Shown here piece after piece: positions 8,472-20,842 of a DNA stretch of 64,000 bases. Position 1 is the first letter of the stretch. Every line of letters starts with the position of its first letter. The stretch covers positions 64,001-128,000 of the forward strand of contig CAWFKH010000004.1 of NCBI GenBank assembly GCA_963816355.1, read 5' to 3'. This DNA is from an uncultured Gemmatimonadales bacterium. Its GTDB lineage: Bacteria > Gemmatimonadota > Gemmatimonadetes > Longimicrobiales > RSA9. The position numbers and the translations under genes are program-made. The notes beneath the pieces were generated by a model that was given only the letters and a program-made list of their open reading frames with translations, was not told the origin of the DNA and did no database searches.

Positions 8472-11078
8472 TCATCCGCACTCGCTGTAGCCGCACGCGA
8501 GGCACTTCACGCACCCCTCGGCGAAGCGCAGCTCCGAGGAGCACTCGGGGCAGGTGCCGATGAACGTCTCGCCGGGGTCGTAGGCGTCGACGTCGAGCGA
8601 CGGCTGCGCGGGACCGGCGGAGGGCGCGTCGCGGGGAGCGTCGCCCGCCGCGGCGGCGGGGCCGCTCACGCCGCGCGCCCCCGCATCCGCCGCCCCGCCC
8701 GGAAGGGACCGCGGGCGGCCGGACGACATCGGCAGCTCCTGCTGGATGCCGGCCTTTTCCTGTTCGTGCTGGATCATCGCCTGCGCGATCGCGTCCGGAA
8801 CGGAGAGCACCTTGTTCGGGCCGAAGCCGACGGCGCGGTCGCACGAGATGCCGCGAAGCTGGCTGTAGATCTGCTGCAACGAGATGCCGCTGCGCAGGCC
8901 GAGCGAGACGAGGCGGCCGATCGCCTCGACATCCGCCATCGCGGCGCCGCCCGCCTTGCCGAGCGTGGCGAAGAGCTCGAACGGCCGCGCGCGCTCGTCC
9001 TCGTTGACCGTGACGTAGAGGTCGCCCAGCGGGCTCGGCATGCGGCGCGTCGTGCCGTGCAGCACCGAGGGACGCGGCCGCCGATGACGCTTCTGGTGGG
9101 CGACGTCGTGCTGCTCGACCTGGCGCGCCATCTCGTCGCGGTCGTGCTCGAGCTGGTGGATCCGCTCGCGCGCGTCGGCGAGCTGCGCCTCCAGGTCAGA
9201 GACCGCCGCGCGCGTCTGCTCGCGCGACGTCTTGCCGGTCGAGAGCACCTGCATCGGGCGCGACCCGTCGCGGTAGACGGTGACGCCCTTGCAGCCGAGC
9301 TCCCAGGCCTTCACGTAGATCTCGCGCACGTCCGGCTCGCTCGCCTCGCGCGGGAAGTTGCACGTCTTCGAGATCGCCGAGTCGACGTGCTCCTGGAAGG
9401 CCGCCTGCATGCGGATGTGCCACGCCGGCGTGACGTCGTGCGCGGTGACGAAGAGGCGCTGCAGCGACTCCGGCACCTCGTCGAAGTGGATGTGGCCATC
9501 CTCCGCGATGCGCGTCATCAGCTCCTCGGAATACCAGCCCTCCTCGCGCGCCATGCGGACGAAGTCCTCGTTCACGTCCGGCATCGTCGCGCCCGCTTGA
9601 TTGCGCATGAAGGCGACGGCGAAGAGCGGCTCGATCCCGCCCGAGCAGCCGGCGATGATCGAGATCGTGCCGGTCGGCGCGACGGTCGTCAGGTTGCAGT
9701 TGCGCAGGGGCCGCAGCGGCCGGATACGCTCGCCCGCCGCGTCCCGCGCGCACGTCTCGTCCGGACCCCAGATGCTGCGCTCCCACTCCGGGAACGTGCC
9801 CCGCGTCTCGGCGATCTTCTCCGACGCGCGCTTCGTCTCCTCGTCGACGAACCGCATGAGCTCGCCCGCGAACGCGACCGCCTCCTCGCTGTCGTACGGA
9901 ATGCCGACGCGCACCAGCAGGTCCGCCCACCCCATGATCCCCAGCCCGATGCGACGGATGCGGTGGGCGAGGTCGTCGATCGCCTCGAGCGGGTAGTTGT
10001 TCGCGTCGATCACGTTGTCGAGGAAGTGCGTGCTCAGGTGCACCACCTGGCGCAGCGCGTCCCAGTCCACCCGCTCCGACGGCGTCGCATCCGACGGTGC
10101 ATCCGCACGCGCGAAGGCGCCCACGTTCACCGACCCGAGATTGCACACGTCGTACGGCAGCAGCGGCTGCTCGCCGCACGGATTCGTCGCCTCGTATCCG
10201 CCCAGGTGCGGCACCGGGTTGTACGCGTTCGCGCGGTCGATGAAGAAGACGCCCGGCTCCCCCGTCGCCCACGCGCCGTGCACGATCATGTCGAAGACCT
10301 CGCGCGCGTCCTCCTCCCCCACCACCTCGCCGGTGCGCGGGCTCAGCAGGTCGTAGCGCGTCCCCGCGCGCACCGCCTCCATGAACGCGTCCGTCACCGC
10401 CACCGAGATGTTGAAGTTCGTGATCTTCGTCACGTCGCTCTTGCACGTGATGAAGTCCCGGATGTCCGGATGGTCGACGCGCAGGATCCCCATGTTCGCG
10501 CCGCGCCGCGTGCCCCCCTGCTTCACCACCTCCGTCGACTGGTCGTACAGGCTCATGAACGACACCGGCCCGCTCGCCACTCCCATCGTCGAGCGCACGA
10601 CGTCGTTCTTCGCGCGCAGCCGGCTGAAGCCGAACCCCGTCCCGCCGCCCGACTGATGCACCAGCGCCATCGAGCGCAGCGTGTCGTAGATCCCGTCCCG
10701 CCCGTTCGACAACGCATCCTCCACCGGCAGCACGAAGCACGCGGATAGCTGCCCCAGCGGTCGCCCCGCGTTCATCAGCGTCGGCGAGTTCGGCTCGAAC
10801 AGCCCCTCCGTCATCAGCCGGTAGAACTCGCGCGCCAGCGCGTCCACCGCCCCCTCGCTCGCGCCGTACTTGCGATCCTCCCCCGCGATCACACGCGCCA
10901 CCCGCCAGAACATCGACTCCGGCGTCTCCACCGGCTCCCCCGCCTCGTCCTTCTTCAGATAGCGACGCGCCAGAATGATGCGCGCGTTCGCCGTCAGGCG
11001 CGCAGCCGGAAGATCCTCGGGCACGACGTCCGCCGTATTCACTCGGCCGGACGGAACGGTGGCGGAACGGTCACTCAT
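8472..11078 (-). CDS. nrdJ: Adenosylcobalamin-dependent (class II) ribonucleotide reductase
   Basis: [40 protein letters not shown] motifs; TSCPD-like domain and C-terminal Zn ribbon. Confidence 0.95.
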   Translation of the reverse strand: MSDRSATVPSGRVNTADVVPEDLPAARLTANARIILARRYLKKDEAGEPVETPESMFWRVARVIAGEDRKYGASEGAVDALAREFYRLMTEGLFEPNSPTLMNAGRPLGQLSACFVLPVEDALSNGRDGIYDTLRSMALVHQSGGGTGFGFSRLRAKNDVVRSTMGVASGPVSFMSLYDQSTEVVKQGGTRRGANMGILRVDHPDIRDFITCKSDVTKITNFNISVAVTDAFMEAVRAGTRYDLLSPRTGEVVGEEDAREVFDMIVHGAWATGEPGVFFIDRANAYNPVPHLGGYEATNPCGEQPLLPYDVCNLGSVNVGAFARADAPSDATPSERVDWDALRQVVHLSTHFLDNVIDANNYPLEAIDDLAHRIRRIGLGIMGWADLLVRVGIPYDSEEAVAFAGELMRFVDEETKRASEKIAETRGTFPEWERSIWGPDETCARDAAGERIRPLRPLRNCNLTTVAPTGTISIIAGCSGGIEPLFAVAFMRNQAGATMPDVNEDFVRMAREEGWYSEELMTRIAEDGHIHFDEVPESLQRLFVTAHDVTPAWHIRMQAAFQEHVDSAISKTCNFPREASEPDVREIYVKAWELGCKGVTVYRDGSRPMQVLSTGKTSREQTRAAVSDLEAQLADARERIHQLEHDRDEMARQVEQHDVAHQKRHRRPRPSVLHGTTRRMPSPLGDLYVTVNEDERARPFELFATLGKAGGAAMADVEAIGRLVSLGLRSGISLQQIYSQLRGISCDRAVGFGPNKVLSVPDAIAQAMIQHEQEKAGIQQELPMSSGRPRSLPGGAADAGARGVSGPAAAAGDAPRDAPSAGPAQPSLDVDAYDPGETFIGTCPECSSELRFAEGCVKCLACGYSECG

Positions 11079-11287
11079 TGGCGTTTCCCTCGAACGGTGC
11101 GGGTGCGAGTTGCGAACGGCTCGTCATCTATCGACGGACACGATGGATCTCGACGGTTCTCGCATGGGGGTAGTACCCCCTCCGGCAGATTCAGGTCGTC
11201 TCGAGACGATGAGTCGAGGCGGCGTTACGTGGGCCCGAACGGCGCGGTCCGTCGCCCGGGCGGCGGCGGGAGGGTCGGGGGCCTGAC

Positions 11288-11335
11288 CCACAACATGTTG
11301 TGGGGTGAGTATCATACAAACCCCTATATGTAGGG
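11288..11335. promoter_or_regulatory. Tandem NrdR boxes
   Basis: CCACAACATGTTGTGG (11288-11303) and ACCCCTATATGTAGGG (11320-11335), starts 32 bp apart, upstream of nrdJ. Confidence 0.85.
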
Positions 11336-11507
11336 TCAAGAGGGTTGTGCGGTGTGGAAAAGCGAGGGCGCGCGAAGTGGGTGTCGGACGCTGAGATGCG
11401 GGGTTGTCGACGGGGAATGCACAGGGTTGTGAACGGGTATGGGCGGGCGCGAGGGTGCGGCGTGGGCGGGGCGGGGGTCGGGGCGGGGGGCTGGTGCGGT
11501 TGGGATC

Positions 11508-11670
11508 GGTCTGGGGTCTGGAATGGGGGGTCTGCGGGGGGTCTGGGGTACGGGGGTCTGGGAGGCGGCGGGGCTTCGCCCGCCGGGGTCTGGGGGGCGG
11601 CGGGGCTTCGCCCGCCGGGGTCTGGGGTCTGGGGTCGGGGGTCTGGGGGGCGGCGGGGCTTCGCCCGCGG
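11508..11670 (+). repeat. G-rich intergenic repeat cluster
   Basis: GGGGTCTG motif plus three copies of GGCGGCGGGGCTTCGCCCGC. Confidence 0.8.
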
Positions 11671-11672
11671 GA

Positions 11673-12491
11673 TCACGGTTGCGGCGGCCAGGCTCCGCTG
11701 CGCTGGTAGGCGGTCGTCAGGGTTAGGACGAGGGTGGGTATCGCGACGTCGCCGAAGAGCATGGCGAAGCTCCAGTTTCCGGGGGCGGCGTTGGCGGCGG
11801 CGACGTGTTCGTGGAGGTGTACGGCGGCGGCGCCGTAGAGGAAGACGCTCCACGCGAGGCCGACGGCGAGCCAGAGGTGGTCGCGGATCCAGAGGCCGGC
11901 GAGGGCGGCGACGCCGAGGCCGAGCTGGGCGAAGCCGAGCTCCCACTGGAACGGGGAGGGTGCCCAGCCGATGGAGGCGGCCACCGCGCGCGACATCGGC
12001 ACATGGCCCACGAAGCTCCACACGCCGGAGACGCCGAGCCCGAGCACGATGACGTGCACGAGCAACAGCTCGAGGCCTCGCCGGGAGGAGACGGAGACAC
12101 GTTCGGCGCGGGCGCGCAGCAGGGCGATCGCGAGCACCGCGAGCCAGAAGACGACGCCGCCGACCGCCCAGCGCACCATGAACGAGACGCCGACGAGCGA
12201 GGCGAGGTAGGGGATCGCCGTGGCGACGTCGCGCGGCGGATCGCCGAGCGGATCCGGTGCCCGCATGCGGCCGCGACGCGCGTCCAGGAGCCGATCCGGA
12301 CCGTAGAACAGCGCGAGACCTGCGACGACGGCGATCGCGCCCGCGGCGCCGCGCACCCACATCGGGATCCCGGCCACGGCCGCTCCGCCGGCCGGAACGC
12401 CCAGGGCGCCCAGCGCCGCCGCGACGGGCCGCGCGCCGTGCAGCGCCGCCCCGCCCACCCCCACGAGCGCGAGGCCCGCGATCCGGCTCAC
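11673..12491 (-). CDS. Multi-pass membrane protein (DUF6790-like)
   Basis: GTG start; several TM helices; AASIGWAPSPFQWELGFAQLGLG motif. Confidence 0.7.
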   Translation of the reverse strand: MSRIAGLALVGVGGAALHGARPVAAALGALGVPAGGAAVAGIPMWVRGAAGAIAVVAGLALFYGPDRLLDARRGRMRAPDPLGDPPRDVATAIPYLASLVGVSFMVRWAVGGVVFWLAVLAIALLRARAERVSVSSRRGLELLLVHVIVLGLGVSGVWSFVGHVPMSRAVAASIGWAPSPFQWELGFAQLGLGVAALAGLWIRDHLWLAVGLAWSVFLYGAAAVHLHEHVAAANAAPGNWSFAMLFGDVAIPTLVLTLTTAYQRSGAWPPQP

Positions 12492-12505
12492 GTGACCCGC
12501 CGCCC

Positions 12506-13078
12506 TCACGACGCGCGCTCCGACTCGCGGGCACGCCTCCCGCCCGACGGCGCGCCTCGCCCGACGCCCGGCGCCTCGCCCCGCGCGTCGGGCGCACCCG
12601 CGTCGAGCCGGCCGTCCGCGGCCGCCTCGATCAGCCGCTCGCACAACGCGACCAGCGCCGGCAGATCCGCCCCCAGCACGCGCGCCACCGCCCCGTACAC
12701 CGACCCGAGCGGCTTCCCGACGTCCTCCAGCAGCCTCGCGCCGGCCGTCGTCAACCGGTGCAGCACCACCCGCCGGTCCGCTGCGCCGCGGTCCCGCCTC
12801 ACCCACCCCGCCTCCACCAGCGGATCCACCAGCCGCGTGACGTCCGGAGCCCGCACCAGCAGCCGCGTGGCGACGTCGGCATACGAGAGCCCCGACGCCC
12901 CCGCCCCGCGCAGCATGCGCAGCACGTTGTAGCGCTGCCGCGTGAGACCCCGCTCGCTCAGCACCGCCTCCATCCGCACGCCGACGTCCGCCGCCGCGAG
13001 CGCCACCGCCAACACCGCCCGCTCGCCGCCCGGCAACGCCCGCCGCGCCCCGATCCGTTCCTCCAGGATCCCGCTCAT
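12506..13078 (-). CDS. MarR-family transcriptional regulator
   Basis: GLTRQRYNVLRML...PDVTRLVDPLVEAGWVRR...DRRVV; GGAGG RBS. Confidence 0.9.
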   Translation of the reverse strand: MSGILEERIGARRALPGGERAVLAVALAAADVGVRMEAVLSERGLTRQRYNVLRMLRGAGASGLSYADVATRLLVRAPDVTRLVDPLVEAGWVRRDRGAADRRVVLHRLTTAGARLLEDVGKPLGSVYGAVARVLGADLPALVALCERLIEAAADGRLDAGAPDARGEAPGVGRGAPSGGRRARESERAS

Positions 13079-13137
13079 GCCGCCCCTCCCCTTCCCGCTC
13101 GATACGTGTCCGCACCGCACCGCGCCGCACCGCAAAC

Positions 13138-13154
13138 TGTCGTTGTTAACGACA
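13138..13154. promoter_or_regulatory. Candidate MarR operator, TGTCGTT-N3-AACGACA
   Basis: Perfect 7-3-7 inverted repeat in an AT-richer patch about 60 bp upstream of the marR start. Confidence 0.6.
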
Positions 13155-13428
13155 TTTGTTGTGACCACCTATATCGGCCGCGCCCCCGCCGCACAAGCCG
13201 GCCGAGGACGGCCGCGCACCGCGGACGGCCCCACGCCGCGCTCGAGCCGCGGACCCGCCGCGCACCCGAGCCGCGCACCGAGCCGCGCACCGGCCCGCGC
13301 CCGGGCCGGCGTACGCAGCCGCATTGGAGAGCCTTCGACGCGCCGGCACGGATCCTGACGAGTTCCAGGGAGTGGGCGCGCGAGCGGCGCGCGAGCAGTC
13401 CCGAGATGACCCCGAGCAAGGAGCCGAC

Positions 13429-13710
13429 ATGGGCGGCAAGCGGCCCGACCAGTACCGGATCGACCGCGACGAAGCGGGCGCGACCGACCACAAGAACCTG
13501 CCTGACACGCCCGCAGAGGGCCGTCGCAAGGAAGCGCCGTACGAGGAGGGCATGAAGCGCGCAGCGCACCGCCCCGGTGGCGGAGCCGAGGGCGCACCCG
13601 GTGGCGGCGGCGAGGGCGCGCCCGGCGGCCACGGCCACGGCGGCGAGCGGAAGGAGAACCCCGATCACGAGCGCAAAGGCGGCACGCGCACCCCGCCCCG
13701 CACCCCCTGA
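13429..13710 (+). CDS. Small hydrophilic protein
   Basis: AAGGAG RBS; MGGKRPDQYRIDRDEAGATDHK. Confidence 0.7.
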   Translation: MGGKRPDQYRIDRDEAGATDHKNLPDTPAEGRRKEAPYEEGMKRAAHRPGGGAEGAPGGGGEGAPGGHGHGGERKENPDHERKGGTRTPPRTP

Positions 13711-13761
13711 CCCCTCCCCCCACCCGCGCGGCCTCGCCGCCCCCCGAGGCCGCGCGGCGCA

Positions 13762-13878
13762 CCCCCCAGACCCCACCCCCCACCCCCCAGACCCCAGACC
13801 CGCCCCCAGACCCCAGACCCCCCCCAGACCACCGTACCCCCACACCCCCCGCAGACCCCCTCCGCAGACCCCAGACCG
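13762..13878 (-). repeat. G-rich repeat cluster, inverted copy (CCCCAGACCCC on +)
   Basis: Reverse complement of the GGGGTCTG family, between convergent genes. Confidence 0.8.
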
Positions 13879-13944
13879 ATCTCCACCACCCGCCCACAGA
13901 ACCAACCGCTCCCTATCCAGCCACCCTCCCACCGGACTCGATCC

Positions 13945-16900
13945 TCAGAATCCCACCCCCGCAGCCGCGTACGCGCGGGGCCGCGCCGAGATGCCGAGCG
14001 GCACGCCGACGCCGACCCGCACGCGGAACGGCTGCTGGAAGAACGTCGCGACGTCGGCGGCGACCTCGACGCCGGCGGCGGCGAGGACGTCGCCGGGGCC
14101 GCCGGCCGGATCGGACGCGTTGCAGACGGCGGCGCGCTGCTGGTTGGCGGCGCACCACGCATCGCCGGCGTCGAGGAAGGCGGCGGCGGCGAGCGATTCG
14201 AGCAGGTAGGGGGCGAGTCCGTTGCCGCGGTCGACGAGGGTGATCGGGACGCGGTACTCGAGGCTCGCGCTCCAGCCGCGGGTACCGACGCGGACGCCGT
14301 CGGGGAAGCCGCGCAGGGAGAGGAAGTTGCCGCCGCCGACGGTGCCGAAGCCGACGTCGAGGGCGCCGCCGGGCGCGCCGCCGAGCGAGCTGAGGGGGGC
14401 GGAGTCGCCGGTGCGGAGGAGGGCGGCGGCGCGCACAGCGAGGACGTGGTGGGCGAAGCCGAAGCCGTGAAACGGCGTGAAGCCGGTGACCCGTGCCGCG
14501 ACCTCGCCGTACCGTTCGGCGAGGAGCGTGGCGGGGTGCGCGTCCCAGCGGTAGCGGCCGGAGAGGAACGCGGTGCCGCCGCGCTCGCGGCTGATCGAGA
14601 GGGCGTAGCCGCGGGCGTCGGACGCGGCGACGCGGCCGAAGACGCCCCAGCGGCGGATCGCCTGCGCCTCGGGCGTCAGCGAGACATCGGGCGCTTCGAC
14701 GACGCGGTGGCCGACGATCCCTTCCACGCCCGCGGTGAGGGCGAGGGAGGATCGGAAGGCGGGGCGCAGCAGGGTCGCGGAGAGGGCGAGGCGGTTGCTG
14801 CCCGCGAGGACGGGAACGATGCGGCCGTCGCCGATCTGGATGCGCGCGTCGACGTCCCAGTTGCGCTCGAGGGTCGCGTCGAGGAGCGGGTTGCCGAGGC
14901 CCGCGTAGCGGTAGGAGAGGGCGCCCTCGACGCGGCCGGTGGAGGGGGAGGCGGCGACGTCGAGCGCGAATTCGTGGCGGCCGACGACATCGCGGCCGCC
15001 GGTCACGAGGCCGATCGCGGTGCCGGCCGCCTCGGAGGAGACGACGTAGGGCAGCCAGAACCGCGGGCGGAGCGTCGCCAGGGGCGAGTACGGTCGACGC
15101 GGGAAGGAGTCGGCGGCGGCGGTTGGCGCGTCGCCTTCCGCGTCCGCGGCCAGCGCGCCGGCGAGCGGCGGCGGCGCGCGCAGCGCCTCGGCGGTCGGCC
15201 GGGGCTCGCCCCACGCGGCGGGGTCGAAGGGGGTGCGCGCGATGTGGTAGCCGTCGGCGTGGTAGAGCGCGAGATAGAGCCACTTCCCGTCGGGCGAGAC
15301 GTCCGGCTGGAAGACGCCGGTCAGCACGTGGGTCGCCTGCCGGAGCGGCCCGAGCTCGATGGCGCCGTCGTCGCCGTGCCGCACCGCCCTCGCGTAGATG
15401 TTCGGCACGCCGCTGCGATCGGACGACCAGAGGAGGAAGCGGCCGTCGGGCGACCAGGCGGCGTCGCGGTCGACCGCGTAATCGCGGCTGGCGCGCGCGA
15501 CCACGGCGCCGAGGGTGTCGAGGACGACGACGTCGTAGTAGCCGCCGTCGCTCCAGCGCGAGACGGCGACGAGGCGGCCGTCGGGGGACCAGCGCGGCAG
15601 GGCCCACGCCACGCCGGGGCGCGGCGGCACGAGGGTGCGCAGCTCGGCGGTGCGCAGGTCGTAGAGGACGAGCGACGTCGCCCCCTCGCCGGTTTGCACG
15701 GCGACGACGCGGCGTCCGTCCGACGCGACGTCGGGCGTGGAGAGCCGGAGTCCGCGCGTGAGGCGCTCCTCGGAGCGGTCGAGGCGGAGCGCGAACAGGT
15801 CGCTGTAGAGGCGGTACGGTCCGTCGAACTCGAGCTGCGCGGTAATCAGCCCGGTGCCGTCCGGCAGCCAGCTCGCCGGCCCCAGGTCGGTGCCGTCCTG
15901 GTCGCGGCGCGCGAGCCGGATCGGCCCGAGGGCGGCGCGGCCCGTCGCCGAGTCCGGCGCCGCGCCGGGCGGCGCGATCAGCCACGTCGCCGGGTCGTCG
16001 CGGCCGGTGGAGGCGGCGTAGGCGATCCAGCGGCCGGCCGGCGAGACGCGGGGGAAGGCGGCGTAGCGGCCGGCGCCGGTCAGCTCGGTCGGGGGTATGG
16101 CGCCGCCGGCGCGGAGGGAGTCGGCGAGGGCGGAGTAGCGGCGTCGCAGGGCGTCGTGCCAGTCGCTCCACAGGCCGGTGAAGGAGCGGCCGAGCGCGCG
16201 CTCGCCGATGCGGTCGAAGAAGAGCGGCGGCGGCAGCGCGGCGGTGGCGGTGGCGTCGACGACGCGCGCGGCGGCGGAGTCGCCGAAGCGGCGCGCGAGG
16301 TACTGCTCGAACTTGGAGCCGTAGACATAGGCGTGGTTGCCGGCGGGCCACACCGGGCCGGGGCTGCTGGCGCGGTCGATCGGGGCGAAGCGGTCCTCGA
16401 GCACGGCGGTGCGCAGGATCATCTCGTTGTAGGTGCCCTCGTTGCGGCCGGCGCCGGTGAGGCGGGATTCGAAGGCGACGGCGAGCCCCTCGGTGGACCA
16501 GCCGGGGGTCGAGACGGCGGGAAAGAACGGCCACGGCAGCGGCGGACGGCCGAAGACGTCGCGCAGGACGCGGCCCGTGCGGCTCGTGCGGTCGAGGTGG
16601 AAGACGTGGGTCAGCTCGTGGACGACGAGCAGGTCGACCCAGTCGCGGTAGTAGTCGAGGTCGGGGCTGTCGATCGGCGGTTTCGTGTAGAGGTAGATGC
16701 GGTTCGACGGCGTCGGCGTGGCGAAGCCCTGCGGGAAGTCGAAGTCGTCGCTGAGCACCATGTCCACGACGCCGCGGGGCGGGGGGCCGAGCGCCGCGGC
16801 GAGGCCGGCCCACGCCGCTTCGGCGCGCCGGGCCGCGTGCGCGGCGACGTCGTCCAGACCGGCCTCGTAGGTGACGCGGAAGTGGGGAGTGCGGAGGGTG

Positions 16901-17025
16901 GTCCAGCGGGCGTCCGGCGCGACCTGCGCGCGCAGCGGGGCGGGCGCGGCGGGCGCGGCGACGAGGAGCACGAGCCCGGCCGCGAGCCGCGCGAGGAAGG
17001 GACTTCGGCGCGACGGCACGATCAC
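13945..17025 (-). CDS. Outer-membrane protein: HExxH peptidase-like domain + TolB/PD40 propeller + Omp85-like barrel
   Basis: Signal peptide; HELTH...TEG; repeated P.WSPDG; SLRGF motif; terminal Phe; GTG overlaps upstream stop. Confidence 0.8.
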   Translation of the reverse strand: MIVPSRRSPFLARLAAGLVLLVAAPAAPAPLRAQVAPDARWTTLRTPHFRVTYEAGLDDVAAHAARRAEAAWAGLAAALGPPPRGVVDMVLSDDFDFPQGFATPTPSNRIYLYTKPPIDSPDLDYYRDWVDLLVVHELTHVFHLDRTSRTGRVLRDVFGRPPLPWPFFPAVSTPGWSTEGLAVAFESRLTGAGRNEGTYNEMILRTAVLEDRFAPIDRASSPGPVWPAGNHAYVYGSKFEQYLARRFGDSAAARVVDATATAALPPPLFFDRIGERALGRSFTGLWSDWHDALRRRYSALADSLRAGGAIPPTELTGAGRYAAFPRVSPAGRWIAYAASTGRDDPATWLIAPPGAAPDSATGRAALGPIRLARRDQDGTDLGPASWLPDGTGLITAQLEFDGPYRLYSDLFALRLDRSEERLTRGLRLSTPDVASDGRRVVAVQTGEGATSLVLYDLRTAELRTLVPPRPGVAWALPRWSPDGRLVAVSRWSDGGYYDVVVLDTLGAVVARASRDYAVDRDAAWSPDGRFLLWSSDRSGVPNIYARAVRHGDDGAIELGPLRQATHVLTGVFQPDVSPDGKWLYLALYHADGYHIARTPFDPAAWGEPRPTAEALRAPPPLAGALAADAEGDAPTAAADSFPRRPYSPLATLRPRFWLPYVVSSEAAGTAIGLVTGGRDVVGRHEFALDVAASPSTGRVEGALSYRYAGLGNPLLDATLERNWDVDARIQIGDGRIVPVLAGSNRLALSATLLRPAFRSSLALTAGVEGIVGHRVVEAPDVSLTPEAQAIRRWGVFGRVAASDARGYALSISRERGGTAFLSGRYRWDAHPATLLAERYGEVAARVTGFTPFHGFGFAHHVLAVRAAALLRTGDSAPLSSLGGAPGGALDVGFGTVGGGNFLSLRGFPDGVRVGTRGWSASLEYRVPITLVDRGNGLAPYLLESLAAAAFLDAGDAWCAANQQRAAVCNASDPAGGPGDVLAAAGVEVAADVATFFQQPFRVRVGVGVPLGISARPRAYAAAGVGF

Positions 17026-19027
17026 TTCCTGCGCGCCCTCGCGCGGAGGAACGCTTCGAGGCCGCGCAGGTGCGCTTCGGCGATGCGGCGCTGCACGTCC
17101 GGATCGTCGAGCGCCGCGCCCTGCAGCGGCACCATCATGAACATCGTCTCGGTGAGCGCCGCGGGCATCCACGTCGGGTTGCGCACGAGCGCCAGGCTGG
17201 AGCGGCCGACGCCGAGGTTGCGCAGACCGAGCTCGTCGAGCAGCTCCGCCTCCAGCGCCTCCGCGAGCGCCGCCGAGTTGCCGTGGAAGTAGTAGACGCT
17301 CGTGCCCGCGTTCGTGAACGGATCGACGCCGTCCGGGAACGCGTTGTTGTGGATCGAGACGAGCAGGTCGGCGTCCTCCGCCTCCGCCTTCTCGGTGCGG
17401 TCGTAGAGGCCGACCGCCTGCGTGTCCGGGCGGGTCATGACGACGCGTGCGCCCGCGCGCTCGAGGAGCGGCGCGAGCTTCGCCGCGATCGCGAGGTTCG
17501 CCTGCGCCTCCGTCAGGCGCGTCGGGCTGATCGCGCCGCCCGGCGGGTGCCCCGCGTCGACCGCGACGGTGAGGCCGCGCAGCGGCGCGTTCGCGTCGAT
17601 CAGCGGCGGCTTGCGCACGCGCACGACGAGGTCCCCGTCGGCGGCCCAGCGCGCGTCGTAGCCCCACGGCCATGTGGCGAGGTCGAGGCGCAGCCGGTAG
17701 ACGCCGGCGGACGGCTGCGACCACGACGCGCGCAGCACCCACGGATCGAGCGTGCCGTACTGCAGCCATCCGGTGTTCGCCGCGGCGCCGTAGAGCGTGA
17801 TCTCGAGCGCATCCTCGAGCTCCTCGATGCGGAACGGGAAGCGATCCGAAGTGGCGAGACGCACCTCGACCCAGCGCGCCGCCGGGCGCAGCCGCACCGT
17901 TCCCACCTCGCCGTGGACCGGCGGCGTGCCGGGCGCGAGGAGGCGGACGCCCTCCGACGGCGAGATCCACGCGTCGAGGTCCGGCGCGAGCGCCACCCGA
18001 TAGTCGCCCTCGCGCTCGCCGCTCACATCGAAGCGCGTCCCTTCCGGCCAGAAGTAGGACCACGTGCCTCCGGGGGCGTGGGCCGCGCGCGCCTTCCCCG
18101 CCGTCCGCGGCCGCGGACCGGCCAGCGCCACCGCGCCCGCGCGCGGCCGGCCGTCGAGGACGACGAGGTTGAGCGGCAGCGCGCGCCGCACGGTGTCGCC
18201 CGCGACGGCGAGGCGCAGCGTGGCGGTGAGCGCGGTGTCGCCCGGCGCCGGTCGGGGCGCCGTCGCGAGCGACGGCCACGGCACCGCGGTGTCGCGCGCG
18301 GCGAGCGGCGTCGCCACGAAGAAGCCCCGGTAGCGCGACCACGCCGGCCGTCTCGCCGCCGCGGCCTGCGGTGCGGCGACGGCGAAGTCGCGATTCGCCT
18401 GCGACGGCCGGGCGCGCTCCGTCTCCTCGACGAGCGGCACGATCGAGCCGTCGGGAAGGCGCAGCGACGCGGCGCCGCGCGGCGTGCCGCGGAAGCCGAC
18501 CTCGACGCGTTCGCCCGGCTGCGCCGCCCACGCGCCGCGCGGACGGACGCTGCCCGGCGCGATCGCCGCCCGGCCGGCGGGCGGCGGCGCGGGCGCGGGC
18601 GGCACGCCGACGTGGATCGTGAGGCTCCGCGTGGTGCCGGCGGCGCTCGCGCGGACGTCGTAGACGCTGTCGGCGGGCACCGGCAGGAACGCCAGGAAGG
18701 CGCCGTTCGGCTGCACCTCGACCGGCGTTCCGTTGATGGTGAGCGTCGCCTCGCCGGTGCCGGTCGAGCCGAAGACGAAGGTGGAGTCGCGCGTCGCGAT
18801 CGCCGCGCCCTCCTGGGGATAGACGACGTCGAGCGCGAGCGCGCCGTGGCGCTCCGGGATCGGCGGCAGCTTCTCCCTCGCGCCCGCGGCGGCACCGGCG
18901 GGCGCCGGCGGCGCGGGCGGCGCGGCCGGCGCGCAGGCGGCGGCGAGGAGGGCGGCCGCGGCGAAGCGCGCGGCGGCGGGACGCGCGGCGGCGGGGCGCG
19001 CGGCGGCGGCGAAGGGTCGATCGGTCC

Positions 19028-19031
<4 letters not shown>
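17022..19031 (-). CDS. N-acetylmuramoyl-L-alanine amidase (Amidase_3), probable lipoprotein
   Basis: VAVDAGH, EAQANLAIA, LVSIHNNA, PAALTE motifs; LAAAC lipobox-like. Confidence 0.9.

Positions 19032-20838
<1,807 letters not shown>

Positions 20839-20842
<4 letters not shown>

Noticed and set aside
8205..10748. Long antisense and alternative-frame ORFs here and throughout (e.g. 44866-48021, 49346-52753, 56666-58042)
   Set aside because: These are shadow ORFs of real genes in high-GC DNA; most are Arg/Pro/Ala-rich and none shows a recognisable motif.
11079..11290. Cobalamin riboswitch before nrdJ
   Set aside because: No B12-box core recognisable by eye.
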